A DNA stretch of 64,000 bases from Tubiluchus corallicola (lineage: Eukaryota; Animalia; Priapulida). Positions 50,436 through 63,733 of this stretch are shown here, piece by piece (within the stretch, counting starts at the first letter, position 1; each line of letters starts with the position of its first letter). The notes under the pieces are model-generated. The model was not told the origin of the DNA. It was given only the letters and a program-made list of their open reading frames with translations, and searched no databases. The stretch lies in the NCBI GenBank assembly GCA_030141605.1, contig JAQGDQ010000335.1, positions 194,485 to 258,484 of the forward strand. Reading direction: 5' to 3'. Made by a program: the position numbers and the translations under genes.

Positions 50436-51244
50436 ATTACAAACATTTTAGACTGCTGACTACTGTAACAGCTGACATAAATTCACAAACTCGTTATTTC
50501 AGTATATGTTACAGGCAATGTGTACAATTTACACATTTTGTAAAATTCCTAGGCATTTTATGTAATGCCTATGCATTTCGGGAAATGTCTGAAATAAATG
50601 TTTTTGCTGTGACTCTTTCACACTTTTTTAGACGCTTTGTAAACCTACAATAACAACGACAAATATAAAATGCTTAAAGCGTCTTTGAATTGAATTTTTC
50701 CCTAGCTGTTTTATACATTACCTAGTCATTGTATGAAACGCATAAAACAACTTAGCTAATGTACTAAACTACTGAAGCAAGCAATTCAAGTAATTTTATT
50801 GAGTGAGTTTTATTGGCGGTGGGTGCTACGTCACCATCTCTGACATGCTGTTCAGATCGATCTCTTTCCATACCGAGTAAGCCTGGGGCAGAATACATTA
50901 AAGTTCTTACGAACAATTTTTTTCATTAACTTGTTTGTGTGTAAGAATGTTCTTAACACTATGCACAGATTCATTAAGTTAGTTTTCCCGAAGATCAAAA
51001 TTTTAAGAATTACACACTTTCCCTAAACAAAGTTTTGCATAATATATAATGCCCAGGAAAAGTGTAGAAGGAGCTATTTTAGACAGTTTACCTGGTTTGT
51101 TTTGGCATTCTATAACATTCTTAGACATTCTATAGCATCCCCTGTAATTTCCAACATTGCCTGTAACATATATTATAGACCTGATGTGACTTTTATTTCG
51201 CAGATGTTAATTTATAAAATGTGTAGTGCAATCCCCATAATTCG

Positions 51245-51247
<3 letters not shown>

Positions 51248-51335
<88 letters not shown>

Positions 51336-51348
51336 CGCGCGTGTGTGT

Positions 51349-51389
<41 letters not shown>

Positions 51390-51409
51390 TGTGCGTGCGT
51401 GCATGTGTG
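51248..51409. repeat. (TG)n microsatellite
   Basis: Direct reading. Confidence 0.97.
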
Positions 51410-51877
51410 CCACGCGCGACACCATTTTCGACTATCTACATGGTACCAAATTAAAGGAAGGGAGGAACGGGGCTCTATACGGGAGGCAAAAAACCTCCAA
51501 AATTGGCCTTTTTTGGCCGGTTTTCGATGAAATTTGCAAAACATATATCTTTTTTCTAGAGAACGTGAATGTCCCGGGCCGATTCCAGTAATGGTTGAAT
51601 AGCCCATTCAACGTTGGGTGTATAGGCATAATTAGAATTTGCGGAATGGTCACGGTTTCTCGCAACGGGTATTTTTCCGGATCCAATCTCCCGTTTTCTC
51701 GAAATTTTGGCTGAACACCCTATAGAGTTTTAACAGTGCTAGGTAGTATTCTTGGAAGGAGATATATAGCTCCTTGGAAAGAAGAGGAACAGGGCTACAT
51801 GATCACGTGGGTCTTTTTAGTCTAGCTTCCACAAGGAGGCGCGGTGACGGCTTGATTGCATTACTTCATCTGTTGCT

Positions 51878-52379
51878 CTAATCATCTATTGTAAACATAG
51901 AGCCTCTAACTTTTATTAGAGCATGCCACTGTTTCCTGTCTGCAGCTAAAATTTTCCATTCCTGTGATGCTATTGTTAGGTTTGGTTCCAGCTGTTGTAA
52001 ATCTTTATTCATTCTTGATATCCAAATTGTTTTTGGTTTGCCTGGAGGTCGTTTAGTAGGTTTCAGTGCCTCGCTTAGTGCTAATCTTATCGGTGTTGCT
52101 TCTGGCAATCTCATTAAATGTTCTACCCATCTTAGCCTTCTGATTCTGATTCTTGTGCTTCAATGTTCTTCTTTGGTTCTGTTATAGCTGCTCATTTAAA
52201 ATGATATAATATGGCCACTTTATTTTTAAGATTTTTTTGAGTAGGCCTCTTTGAAATACGTTTACTTCAGCTTCCTGAGCTGCAGTTAAGCTCCACATTT
52301 CACTGCTGTACTGTACATAAAGACTAGTTACATATACATTAAAGAATCGCACTCTTGTTGTGAGGGATAGTTTATTGCG
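51878..52379 (-). mobile_element. 5'-truncated, degenerate non-LTR retrotransposon (RTE-like) ORF C-terminus
   Basis: Translates as LSLTTRVRFFNVYV...SEMWSLT...FQRGLLKKILKIKWP...NEQL, then a frameshift, then YNRTKEEH*STRIRIRRLRWVEHLMRL...KRPPGKPKTIW...LAADRKQW. This is the typical post-RT tail of RTE-clade LINEs. Confidence 0.85.
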
Positions 52380-52812
52380 GGTTAGGATTGCATTAAGTAG
52401 TAATACACATATCTATGGTTGATGGGAGGTTCCATTTCGAAAGAATCTCGATGGGAGAACTGCGGACGCAAAGCCATTGTCCTGACGTCATTCCATTGTA
52501 CTCAGCCTATAATTTTGCTTCAGTAGAAGCTGCTGCTGGCTTTGGGTTGGATAAATTAATGAACCCTATGTAGGATTACAGGATGCTCACGCATTATTGA
52601 CTATAAGTGGATTTATGCGTAAAATTTTTTGCGGAGGCCTTTGCTAGTATTATTATGAACTTTATAACATTTATAAAAAATATGGTAATAATTATGGTTA
52701 TTGTTATAAATTGGTATAAATATGGTTATTGTTACCTGAAGAAAGTTTCTTTAACCTCGTACAACGTAATTTACTCAAATTTACGTAAATTTATTTTATC
52801 CATTAGCCTGTA

Positions 52813-52927
<115 letters not shown>

Positions 52928-54578
52928 TTTGAATAATGACAACGGTGATGGTGATTTCAATTAGTCCAATTTTTGCAAAGTTTCCAGTTATTTTGCACCA
53001 GAATTCATTGACTCATTGTGCATCATTAGCATCCTCATACTTGCATCCATATTTGAATAAATTTCTGTCATAAATTTCGCTTGACCTGATGTGACTTTTA
53101 TTTCACTGTTGTTAATTTATAAAATGTGCAGTGCAATCGCTATAATTCTATCATATAATATAATATTGTTGTTTGTTATTGTCATTTTTGTTGTGTGCTT
53201 ATTACAATTTTATATCTTGAGTTTTGCTGTGCCCAATGAATAATTATAAAAAAAGTTGTGAATTTATATTTACAGATCTATTACATTTTACACACAGTCG
53301 GTTAACGGCAAGCTGAAATTAAGCACTCAAAAGTAGGACCTTTGAATATGACTGAGACATAAGTTGCAGAGCCACGACTAGGTGTGTAGGTTCATGTTCT
53401 TCCTCGACAACACTAATGGCAGGAATTAATGCGAACGGCTGAAACAGACCGGGCTCAGAGATAGACCGGCAGTCACAGCCGTTTACTGGGTGCTACAGAA
53501 TACAGGCTTAGTGCTGGATTGTATTCTGTTAGCTATGTTGGCTTTGCTAGCTTGTTTGAAAAGTGATTTAAATGAGCCTAAATAGAGTAGTTGTAGATCA
53601 ATTGGCGAGAATTGCACTATTACTGAACATGGCGTTACATAAAAATGAACAGAAGTTTTAATACGGTTCCTAATATTATATCAGATAGTCATCATTACTT
53701 TTAGATGAATATTTTTTGCCACACAATAAATGTTTTCTGCGAATTCTATGTTTAGGAATTCGTCTGCACCGCTTTTTTCCACCTCTTTCTAGTAGGTTTA
53801 AGCGAGTGCGAATTAAACGGCTTGCAGTTGCAGTTATGTGGACCTGACCTGTGTCTCTTCTGATTGGTAGTAATAAAGTGCTTAATTTGTGCACTTCTTT
53901 GGCCTATAGTTTATGCTGTGTTGTGTTACATTACGTTACGTTACGTTATGCTAATTTTGCATTAATGGAGTGGGTGCTGCTAAACTGAAAGTAAGACGTT
54001 TTTGTTGTCTTTTATACGTGCATTTTTGAAGTTGTCAAATGTAAGGTTGTCGATTATGCTCAGGCATTGCTTTTATTTTTATTTAAAGAAAATGTTAATT
54101 GAAGTAAATATTTTGGGCGTACTGTTAATGCTGGTGTAATTTTTCTGAGCATGTAGAAAACTGTCAAGCCAAAAGTTCATTAAAATTAAAAACTAAGTTT
54201 AAAACCTAGTCCTGCTACTATTATTGATTTAAGTTGTATTTTAACATCTTTGTTTAAAAAGCAACAACAAAGACTAGTCTGAACGAATATTTTCGTTTTT
54301 AAATTTTTGTCTTGTTAAATTTTCTGAAGACAAGCTTGATAGAAGACTAGAAAAACACGATTTTATTCTGCAAGCTATAATGGTAAGATCTGCAACTTTC
54401 AATTAACATTTTATAGTTTATAACGAAATGTTAGTTCAGACGTAAAGTGTATAGTTTTACACGTATACCGAAAATAAATAAAGAATCGGGTAAAGCCAAC
54501 CGTCATTGGCAGCCGTGACGATGATTATGATATAATTATAGTGATCATTAGGACGTTAGCTTGTAGACTTTTGTTCTG

Positions 54579-55391
54579 TTATATCTCTTTGGCTTCGGCG
54601 ACTGTAGCCAATTTTTTGCATGAAAGAATAGCAATATCAATAAGGAATTCAATGACCTCGTAAAGTGTTAGAATTGACAAGCCTATGTATAGTCCTAACA
54701 GTCCTCCTATATCGCCAGCCAAGTCTTCTTTCTTGTAAGCTAGTTCTTCCTTTGCTTGTTGTTGGAAAGCCTTTTCTAGCCGCACATGAAGACGACTGAA
54801 CGTGTCCGGTGGAATATACCCAACAACAGGTTTTGATTCTAATATCGCGAAAGTACGATGTTTCGCGATAGGAAATTCCGGTATGCCACTGTACAGTGAG
54901 CCGTACGTTGGTGGTGGAGGTCTTTCATCGTACCTCTTTTGAATGTCGATGTTTTCGCCTTCTTCGACAAACTCTTCAAATACTGGGTCTACGACTGGGT
55001 TATCTTTCAGCGGTGATGTCGTAATGGCCATTTGATATTCGTGTTCCACGCAAGGTGGTGGGCAACGACAAATGTTCTTATCATAAGTTCCGTCAAGAAC
55101 GACATCTCTCCAACATTTTCTAACCTGCTTGCGTTCTAGACACGGAGGTACCTCTGTGGAGTTTCCTTGCGTTCCGGCCCACACCAACCTTGAACTGACT
55201 GGGACGTCTAGCAGGAAGCATGAACAGTGGAGTATGGCTTTGTACTGAGCGCATGTTTTTAAACAGGAATGTACGCTATATCGAGTGCCATACTTTTCAA
55301 CATAGACATCATGGTAACGTCCTTTCTTGTTTACCTCCTCATCTGTGATGCAATCCTGCTGTGGCCGTTTCATTCTTTCCAAAAGGGAAAC
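54579..55391 (-). CDS. DEG/ENaC exon 3 (thumb, knuckle, TM2, short C-tail)
   Basis: ttttgcag acceptor at 55392, phase 0, TAA at 54579-54581. Confidence 0.93.
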   Translation of the reverse strand, partial: VSLLERMKRPQQDCITDEEVNKKGRYHDVYVEKYGTRYSVHSCLKTCAQYKAILHCSCFLLDVPVSSRLVWAGTQGNSTEVPPCLERKQVRKCWRDVVLDGTYDKNICRCPPPCVEHEYQMAITTSPLKDNPVVDPVFEEFVEEGENIDIQKRYDERPPPPTYGSLYSGIPEFPIAKHRTFAILESKPVVGYIPPDTFSRLHVRLEKAFQQQAKEELAYKKEDLAGDIGGLLGLYIGLSILTLYEVIEFLIDIAILSCKKLATVAEAKEI

Positions 55392-57980
55392 CTGCAAAAT
55401 AGGAAACAATCTATATATTCGTGACATCACCAATTTTGTAGCGTCTTGTGAATTTATCAATTAGCAAAAACACAGACATAAATTATTGAGTAAAGTTAGG
55501 TAGATAGTAAGTTGGAGTGTGAAGTTTTACATATAATATAGACTGTGAAGGAAGAATCTAAATAAACATTGTACAGTCGGATAAGTGGAGCTGTTCAACA
55601 TAAAGCTGAGTAACACATCACTGAACATCAGCCTATTGATCAACATCGCTTTTATTTTCGCTGATTTTTGACACAATTGTCTAAAATCGTACTCACCATA
55701 TTATGCGTGTTGAAGGGGGTAAAGCAGTCGTCCATTAAGACTCATTGCATGCAATCCCGGGTTTCTTGCAATGACCAAATTAGAAATACGTTTTTGCCAA
55801 AAACGGTCATTTAGAGGACCTTGTGTAGAGAAACCTTCGATTAGTTTGAATTTGGCGCCTAATTATATCATTTTTCAGGCTGTTTAGGCATTTTCAGTCT
55901 GATTTTTTAAATTAAAAGTTGCATAAATGAATGCAAAATATTACACACTGAAGTGTAACAGTTAAGTGAAATCATTGGGAAACAGAGAAGTGACAGACGA
56001 ACATAAAATTGAGGTCTAGATGAATAAGTGGATAAACAAAGGATAAATGAATAAATGAAACAGTGACAACATTGAATAAACTTTTTGTGAAATCATTCAA
56101 AAACAAGCATGTAAGTGCATGGAGTCGAGGGACTAGACTCTAGAAGTACAATTGGATGAATGAGGTCATTGATGAATAGACAAATTGACGAATGAAATCA
56201 CGAAAGAACAAATGAATGGGTGAAGTCATTTGTAAACAAACAAATTATTGTCATACCAAAAGAAAGAACATATAAAATGAAGCCCGCACGATCACTAAAC
56301 GCTATGCTGGCTACTTAACGGCAAGGACGTTAACCCGATGCGGCATTAACAAACTTAAGTCATGCATGATTTACACCTGGCAAATGCACTTTTTAGAAGT
56401 AATGCTGACAGAGCTCTACAATGCTGGTCTTGCGATTACAAACAGAATTCACGGCTACTGTTATAAGTACAGTGCAGGCACATTATTAACCGTAAAAAAC
56501 AAGTCTGTAAATCTACCCAATTCTATATGTTTTCTGTTGCTCTTCCTTTTTAAGGCCGCATTTTATTTGAGTTCAGTCGTAATATTGCCAAGGAAGAATG
56601 GCAGAAAAAATAAAATTCGCTGAGGTAGTCAAAACGGATGCAGAGAAAACTCTCCAGTGAATATAGATGAGTAATTTCCATTGACAAATTAATGTAATTT
56701 GTTGTGGAATTCATCTTCACGTTTGCTCTCAGTTAATTAATTTGCAGATCTCAGTGATATTATTACTATAACGAATACGAGCCACTAGTTTAACCCAGAG
56801 TGCTCCCTATTAATGTGATAATTCACAATCAAACAGCTTTCGGTCTTTCATATACAATGGAGTAGGCTTCACTGAGGGTTATTTATACAGATATTATAAT
56901 TAAAAGATATGATGTGAATGACTAAAAACAGTGTAGCGACGTGCTGCTGCTTTGCAACAGAACCGCCCGTATTTCAAAAAGTTAATGATTCTTACCTAAA
57001 TGGAATGTGTAACAAATATTTTATAGTTATGTGGTGTACTGGTGTTCTTTTTTTAGTTTACATAATTAATTGGCATTTGAGATGTTCATTCGGGCACAGG
57101 GTCTTCAAAAGAAACTTTGTAAGGCGGAGTAAGATTGCTTTCGCGAGCATGCTTCCTTTCGAAATTGAGTGTTCGTGGTCCATTTATTTGGGCCAAAGCT
57201 CTTAATAAACGCTTAATTATTTTTATGGTATATCACTAAATTTCTAGTTGTTGATGTTTCCTTTTTGTAAAGAAAGCGTGGTTATGATAAAATACCAATA
57301 GACATTTTTGGGTAATATCAATTATGCATGTGATTATCATGCATGCGTATAAGTGAGTCTATAAATTAATGGGCCCTTTCTGGCTGTATGGGCCCCGTAC
57401 CAATGTTACGGCGATCCATCTTCTCTTTGATTTGAAAGCGGGAAAAACTGCAGCCAAGAAGTTCAGTACAATAAATTTTTACGAAAGCACAAAATCCCGC
57501 AATAATTGGTCTATTACTGGAAGTTCGCAAAAACGGATTTATATCAAATAAAACGTCAATTGCAGCGCAGATATACGTGCAGATATCGTGATTTGTAATT
57601 AATGTGATGTAATGGCAAGAAGAGATATGCCGAGTGTGACAAGTCAACTTCTTTTCCGGTTCGCCTTCGATTAAACTTAAAATATGAGCAATTGCCCAAC
57701 AGTAGTGTACAAATGTAGCTGTCATCTCGCATGATTTCCCCGCAATCCGCCATACATGCTGTGAGGTGATAGCCGTTTCATCACGTGTCATCATGACAAA
57801 ACTGGGTTTCATCGCATCACGAGTTGGTTACATGATCTGTACGTAAGAATCGTTCTGAAAGCATTCGTTCACCAAGATGTTTGTCATGAGAGTATAAAAA
57901 ATGATTTCTCCTGTCATGCTATTATCTAGATCTACATCGCTTGCTTTGAACCGCCACCACGTTTTGTGTTACCAGTATGT

Positions 57981-58039
<59 letters not shown>

Positions 58040-58205
58040 TGAGTATACGTTGAGGACCCCAACCACTAGCGACCTAGCCATATAATTGTCATGATGTTCA
58101 CCAAGATGTTTGTCATGAGAGTATAAAAAATGATTTCTCCTGTCATGCTATTAGATCTACATCGCTTGCTTTGAACCGCCACCACGTTTTGTGTTACCAG
58201 TATGT

Positions 58206-58258
<53 letters not shown>

Positions 58259-59947
58259 CGTGCGTGCGTATACGTTGAGGACCCCACCCACTAGCGACCT
58301 AGCCATATAATTCGTGTTTAATCATTACTGTTGTGCGGGTAGAAATTAAAAAGGTGAAAAACAAAAAATGCTAGAGAAGCGAGTAGATGAAAATAATTCC
58401 CACGATCTGCAACTTAGCGCCAGCGAATGCATTGAATGTCGTAACGGATTGATGTTGTCGGCTAGCTGAATTCGCTGCAGGGAGAGAAAATCATGCTCAT
58501 CAGTCCTAGACTTTGGCGAAGCATGTGTGTGGTAAGAAAGGACTTGTTATGCACGCTACGGATCAAAGACGGAAAAAAAGCATTTTACCCTCCATATCGC
58601 TATAACAGGGAAAAGGAATACAAAGTAGACAGTGATGATGATGATGACGAGTACTTGAAAGCGGCAAAAATACCTAAACGAGTTGATCTCGCATCACCAG
58701 CTTCAGCTATGCAAACACAAGATCCTGATTTGATGGTACCTCCATGCGCATGCGTATTTCCTGGACAATATGCACGTGTATGATATCATGTGGGGTTATT
58801 ACAAATTAATAATTTTATAAATTTAATTTAAACATTTGAGGATTGTGAAATTATTTTCTTAACTTATAATTTACGGCAGGAAATAGTGGTTTTAACATAT
58901 TTTCACTTTTCAGTAAATAATGCTCAAGCTCACATAACCAAAGTACCAACAAATACTTTCTGAAATATATCAGAATTTGAATCTACTCTGTATGTGCCTT
59001 TCATAGTGAATTCATTTTGGCTTTTTTACCAGGTGTATGATTTTTAATTTCGATTTTTACAGAAATTGGCATTTTGATATCGATTTGTTTTACCCTGGCA
59101 TGCGTAACTTATCTAGTGCTTTGATGCACAATTGCTAAAGCAAGCAACCTAATGAACTGCGGGACAAAATAAGCAAATTTACCTGCAACGAGATAATCAT
59201 ATGCGTTTCAGGTGGTAATGTTACTGCTCGTTCCATGTGAAACATTTGAGACGTGTCATGGGCGAAAATCCAAAACCCACGGTCAACCCTGTAGAAACAG
59301 AAAACATTGTAGTTCGTTCAGTAACCATGCAAGGCAAGAAAGTCGAGGCTGAGCAGATTTAGCTTTAGTAAGTGAATCTAATGTACTATGGCATAAATGT
59401 TATACCTATAAGCATAGCGAAAATAGGAGAAATTGAACTGTTAGCAGAGCATGCACGTCTGACAACGAAGTCTCTGATGACACATATTGAAATCCTGCTT
59501 GGCTGGACACAACGGAGAACATAGTACAGAGAGCTCTGTTACATTAGCTGACATGTAGGTTTCAGATCAGCGAACACCAAAGCTACAGACTCGTTTGAAA
59601 CTTTGAAGTTGCACACAAGCAGTATTTGCAAAGGTTGATGCACGAAGCCATTTATCAACGTGTGAGGTGTTTACTGGGTCGCTTGAGCCAACGAGACGAC
59701 ACAAATGGAAGACAACATTAAACCATAAATATCACCACGAGCTATATCTCTAGGTACAAATTATTTCTACTGTTACTGAACATGCTTTCAGAGTATTCTA
59801 GCTTTGGAAAGCACAAAATCAAAACGTATAGCCAACCGCTAACTGTGAATGTGTGATTGATTATTTGAATGTCATATTTGTAATTTTTAAATGTTATATT
59901 TGTAAGTTTTGTCAAATCAACGACAAACGTTATAACTTGACTTAGGT

Positions 59948-60027
<80 letters not shown>

Positions 60028-63000
60028 AACACTACAACGACAACGACGACGACAACAACAACAACAACAACAACAACAACGGCAGCAGTAACGACAACTT
60101 TGAAGAAGAGGATGTCATGTTTTGAAGCACCCAAACCAAGTTTGCAGTTGAAATTATGGCTAAAATAAATTTAATCCTTGTACTAAGACGTCACCTCGCA
60201 CTATACTAAGAGTTTGAGTCCTCAGCGTCTTTACAAACCGAGTTAACCGCCTTAACCGACCCAAATGTGAATATTGCTTGATTGTTCTTTTTGGGGAGTG
60301 CTCTTTAAAAAACTTGAGGCTTCGAGGAATTGAAATGGATCATCACGAAGCTTCACACAAATATACAAGATCGACTTCTGCATCGACTGACGCAATCGAA
60401 TTTTCGACCCGTTATTTTGAATTCAAGATGGCGGAGACAGCATTATTTTCAAAAAAAAACCAAGGTTCCATTAATTCGCAACAGATCGTTGAAACTTTAT
60501 AGGAATATATTAGAACGCATTCCGCATCAACTGACCATTTTGAAGTCAAGATGGTGGCGATAATATCATTTTGAATAACTAGCCTGGCAGCCAAATTTTT
60601 TATCTCCAAAGAAAGTTGACGGAACTTCAGAAAGTGATGTTGGCGACTCTGGGAAATAAACGTAATTATGCAATCATGACATGGAAAACAAATGCTAATG
60701 CTAATAGTACGCTTAATCTTTGCATATAAAGTCCGTGTATCTGTCCGTCCTTTACCAGCCCACATTATGCAGCACACCTCCAAATGTAGTGTACCATAAG
60801 AACCGGTCCGACCCTGGAAATGCTTTAGGCTAATGTCAGTCTACCCACTCTCTCGATATGGCGGCCAAAATAGCACTTTTAGGACATTCTACTGTATAGT
60901 CTTCCACAAATTTAGTTATTTCGTTGAGTTTATTTTGATGCTTGGGCAACTGAGATACAATGCTTTTGCGTCCGTTTTTCGACCACCTTAAATTTTTTTA
61001 AGCACCGCTGACATCAGGAAGGCGTTTAATAGGTTTCATTGACCAAAAAGCAAACAAGCGTAGCATTTTGCAGGTTTCTAGCTGCCATCTTTAAATTTTT
61101 AAAACAAATGTAACATCTGATAGAAGTTAAATGTTTTTCCTGGACAGAAGAACACAGATTTAGCCATTTATAGGAAATCACTTGGATACTGGGTATTAAG
61201 AGATCTCATTTTTTGTGTTTTTGGTTGCTGTCTTGGATAATGTGTGTCATAACCGCTAACAAACTTGCTTTCGTTAAATCCGGTAAGAGGTGGAAAGAGG
61301 ACCACCTATAGCTCCACGTCCAAGTGTAAGCTTACACCGGAAACCTATTTAAATATATATATATATATATAACATATATATATATATATATATTATAATT
61401 ATATATATAATATATATATATAATCTTTATTTGAAATAAAAAAACGATATTCATAACTATAAAAGCATAAAAGAACATCGCAGCATGAGAATAAAATTCA
61501 CACAACTGTTAAAGACAAATGCGTCCAGTGCTAACTAAAACTACTGTGCCAAAAATTTAAAACAAAATATACATTATAATGTTACACGCAATTTATAATT
61601 AATATCAGTAAGACAATATCAAAAATAATCTAGCACCTAAGCAATATCAAATTGCGAGAAAATCACGCACCATGGTAGTTGTTGTTGTCGTCGTCGTCGT
61701 CATCGTCGTCGTTGGAAAACCGCATTGGGAGTTCAGTTGAGAACTAGAATCTCAACAGAAGAACACTACCGACTAATATCACATACAAAAAGCAAGGAAT
61801 TATAATTATAAAATGCGCTAACTGTTTCCACCCGCCATTCCGCCATTTTGGGTGGTGGCCTAAACTGTCATTAGCTAAAACCTAAAACCTATCTCGGGAC
61901 CGTGCTGGTTGTTATGATACACCCTGGATACTATATACAGCAGAATGTCCTAAAAAGCTATTTTGGATGCCATTTAGGTTACCATATAACGGGGGGGGGG
62001 CGCTGACCCAAGTTGACATTAGCCTTAAGCGGGCCCATACTGGTTGTTATGGTACGCCACATTGGGGGTACGCTGCTGCACGTGGGCATGCATGTATATA
62101 GGACACAGGCAGATTTTCGTATTAATATATTCCTTAGTCGGCGGACAGTTGAATGGTGCCGCGGTCATGTTATACCGGTTTAGTGTCCTAATCAAGGCGC
62201 CTGTGCCCCGTTCCACATAATGAATTGAATTAAATATTTTGTGTACTGTAATAATGTTTGAATAACATCAGAAATTAAACTAAGAACTACCGAATTACCA
62301 TGCAGAAAAAGAACGTGGCAGTATGGGAACTGGCGCCTCCTGAAGTCGAGTCGCGCTTGTGTTTGTTGAATTATTATTGAATTGAAGTATGCACTACGCA
62401 TGTATAAGTAAAATACTTGGACATAAATTGTAATTGTCCAGACTATCAATACTAAAGCAACACGATTGATGACAATTTATATATCATTTGCAACAAGCAG
62501 TATTCTAAGATGAAAAAGCTTTTACGCCAAGATTTTTAAAATTAAGTTACTATTGCTTCCCAAGTTATGATTTGTAATATTGGCTCAAGTATGAAATACG
62601 CAGGGGGCAAAACGCCTCAAAATTAACGTGCCAGTAAAGGCAAGTTTGTAGTTGAAAATCGCAAATAAGCAGGCCCTCAGCCCTCCGCTTTCTCAGCCAA
62701 GAGCAAAGCCGAGTCTTTGTTCCTTGTAATGCTTTTTGGTTGCCTAGATCATCACTTGCTTAAATTTATTGAATTTTTTACCGTTTCAACGTAATACTTA
62801 AAGGAGAGATATTCAAAGATAGGGCGAAAGACATTCCTTTTATCGTGAAATACCATTCCCCAGTTGATTTCTATTATGCTTAATATAATGTTTCTGCATT
62901 GTGTTAGATTATTCTCTGTTAATCCCGCAAGTTTTGTGAAGCTCCTAATGGCAATAAAATTAACAGTAAAACAGGAAATACTATCTTTATTGCACCTACT

Positions 63001-63733
63001 TTAGAAACTCCTTCTCTCCGAGCTTACTTGCATTCTGGTACAACGAGTCTTGAACGTTCAAATCGAACACCACGCCACCTACTGCGTCTTCCAACGTAAG
63101 TGCTCGGACGGTCAGGTCATCTGCTGATGTCCAGTTAGGATTAAAAGTGAAGCAGTTGCCATATTTCAATGTCGCTGTTGTTGTGAAATGTTGGCTAATA
63201 TTAAGTTTTTTCTGCTCGAAAAAGTTTAGGCCAGGAAAATACACTTGTTCCACAGATTCAGTTAATTGATGACTCAGCTCTATCCTTTGAGAATTATTCA
63301 ATTTAAAGAACAGCTTTTCAATTTGTAAGTTGCTGAAGTAGTCCGTAGATTTCTCGTACAGTTCGCGGACAACCGTTCGTAATTTGGAATCAATAAAACG
63401 GTTTTTGTTGCAGATGGTAATTGCCGGTAGAGGCACCTCCTTGTAGATCTTAACCACCGATATTGTCTCAATTGGCGCGCTGAAATACTTTCTTACCTGG
63501 ATTCCGCTCTGATATAGGAATACTGCAAGAGCTGATGAGACCAAAAAGCTCCATACAAGTTTTCTTCTGTTTGTCTTTGATCTTTTGATGTTGGCAATAC
63601 CATGCATGGTCGTTGTTTCGGCTAGGTGGTCCAGTCGATAGCGAATAGACATCTCGTTTTCCTCTGGCAACCTTCCGTTCAAGCTTATGTGCTTTTCCAA
63701 GTCTATAATTTCAGGATGGACAGAGGCATTCAT
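54579..63733 (-). CDS. DEG/ENaC (ASIC-like, amiloride-sensitive) sodium channel subunit, 3 coding exons, 550 aa
   Basis: Exons 63000-63733, 59183-59288, 54579-55391; phases 2 and 0; 1653 nt total. Motifs: pre-TM1 TTMHG, TM1 RKLVWSFLVSSALAVFLYQ, LPAITICNKN, YGNCFTFN, Cys-rich thumb ending CRCPPPC, TM2 GDIGGLLGLYIGLSILTLYEVIE. Confidence 0.95.
57867..58312. repeat. Tandem duplication of about 220 bp, each unit containing a (TG)n(TGCG)n tract
   Basis: Units 57867-58087 and 58096-58312, near identical, with an 8-nt spacer. Confidence 0.95.
59183..59288 (-). CDS. DEG/ENaC exon 2 (KVDRGFWIFAHDTSQMFHMERAVTLPPETHMIISLQ)
   Basis: ttctacag acceptor, CAG|gtaaat donor, 106 nt, phase 2 to 0; fits the family G-x-x-x-x-x-H...PG palm/beta-ball segment. 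Absent from the ORF track. Confidence 0.88.
59948..60080. repeat. (CAA)n microsatellite
   Basis: Direct reading. Confidence 0.97.
60758..62087. mobile_element. Pair of diverged inverted repeats (about 60758-60900 and 61929-62087) enclosing about 1 kb, including a (TA)n tract at 61353-61422
   Basis: gcccac..gtaccataa..aggctaatgtca..ccaaaatagc..ttttaggacattct.ctgtata recurs in reverse complement in the same order. Confidence 0.6.
63000..63733 (-). CDS. DEG/ENaC exon 1 (N-terminus, HG motif, TM1, finger)
   Basis: ATG at 63733, AA|gtaggt donor in phase 2. Confidence 0.92.

Noticed and set aside
51102-51607. Cys-Val and His-Thr repeat ORFs
   Set aside because: Translations of the (TG)n tract.
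59742-60134. Poly-Val/Leu hydrophobic ORF
   Set aside because: Antisense translation of the (CAA)n microsatellite.
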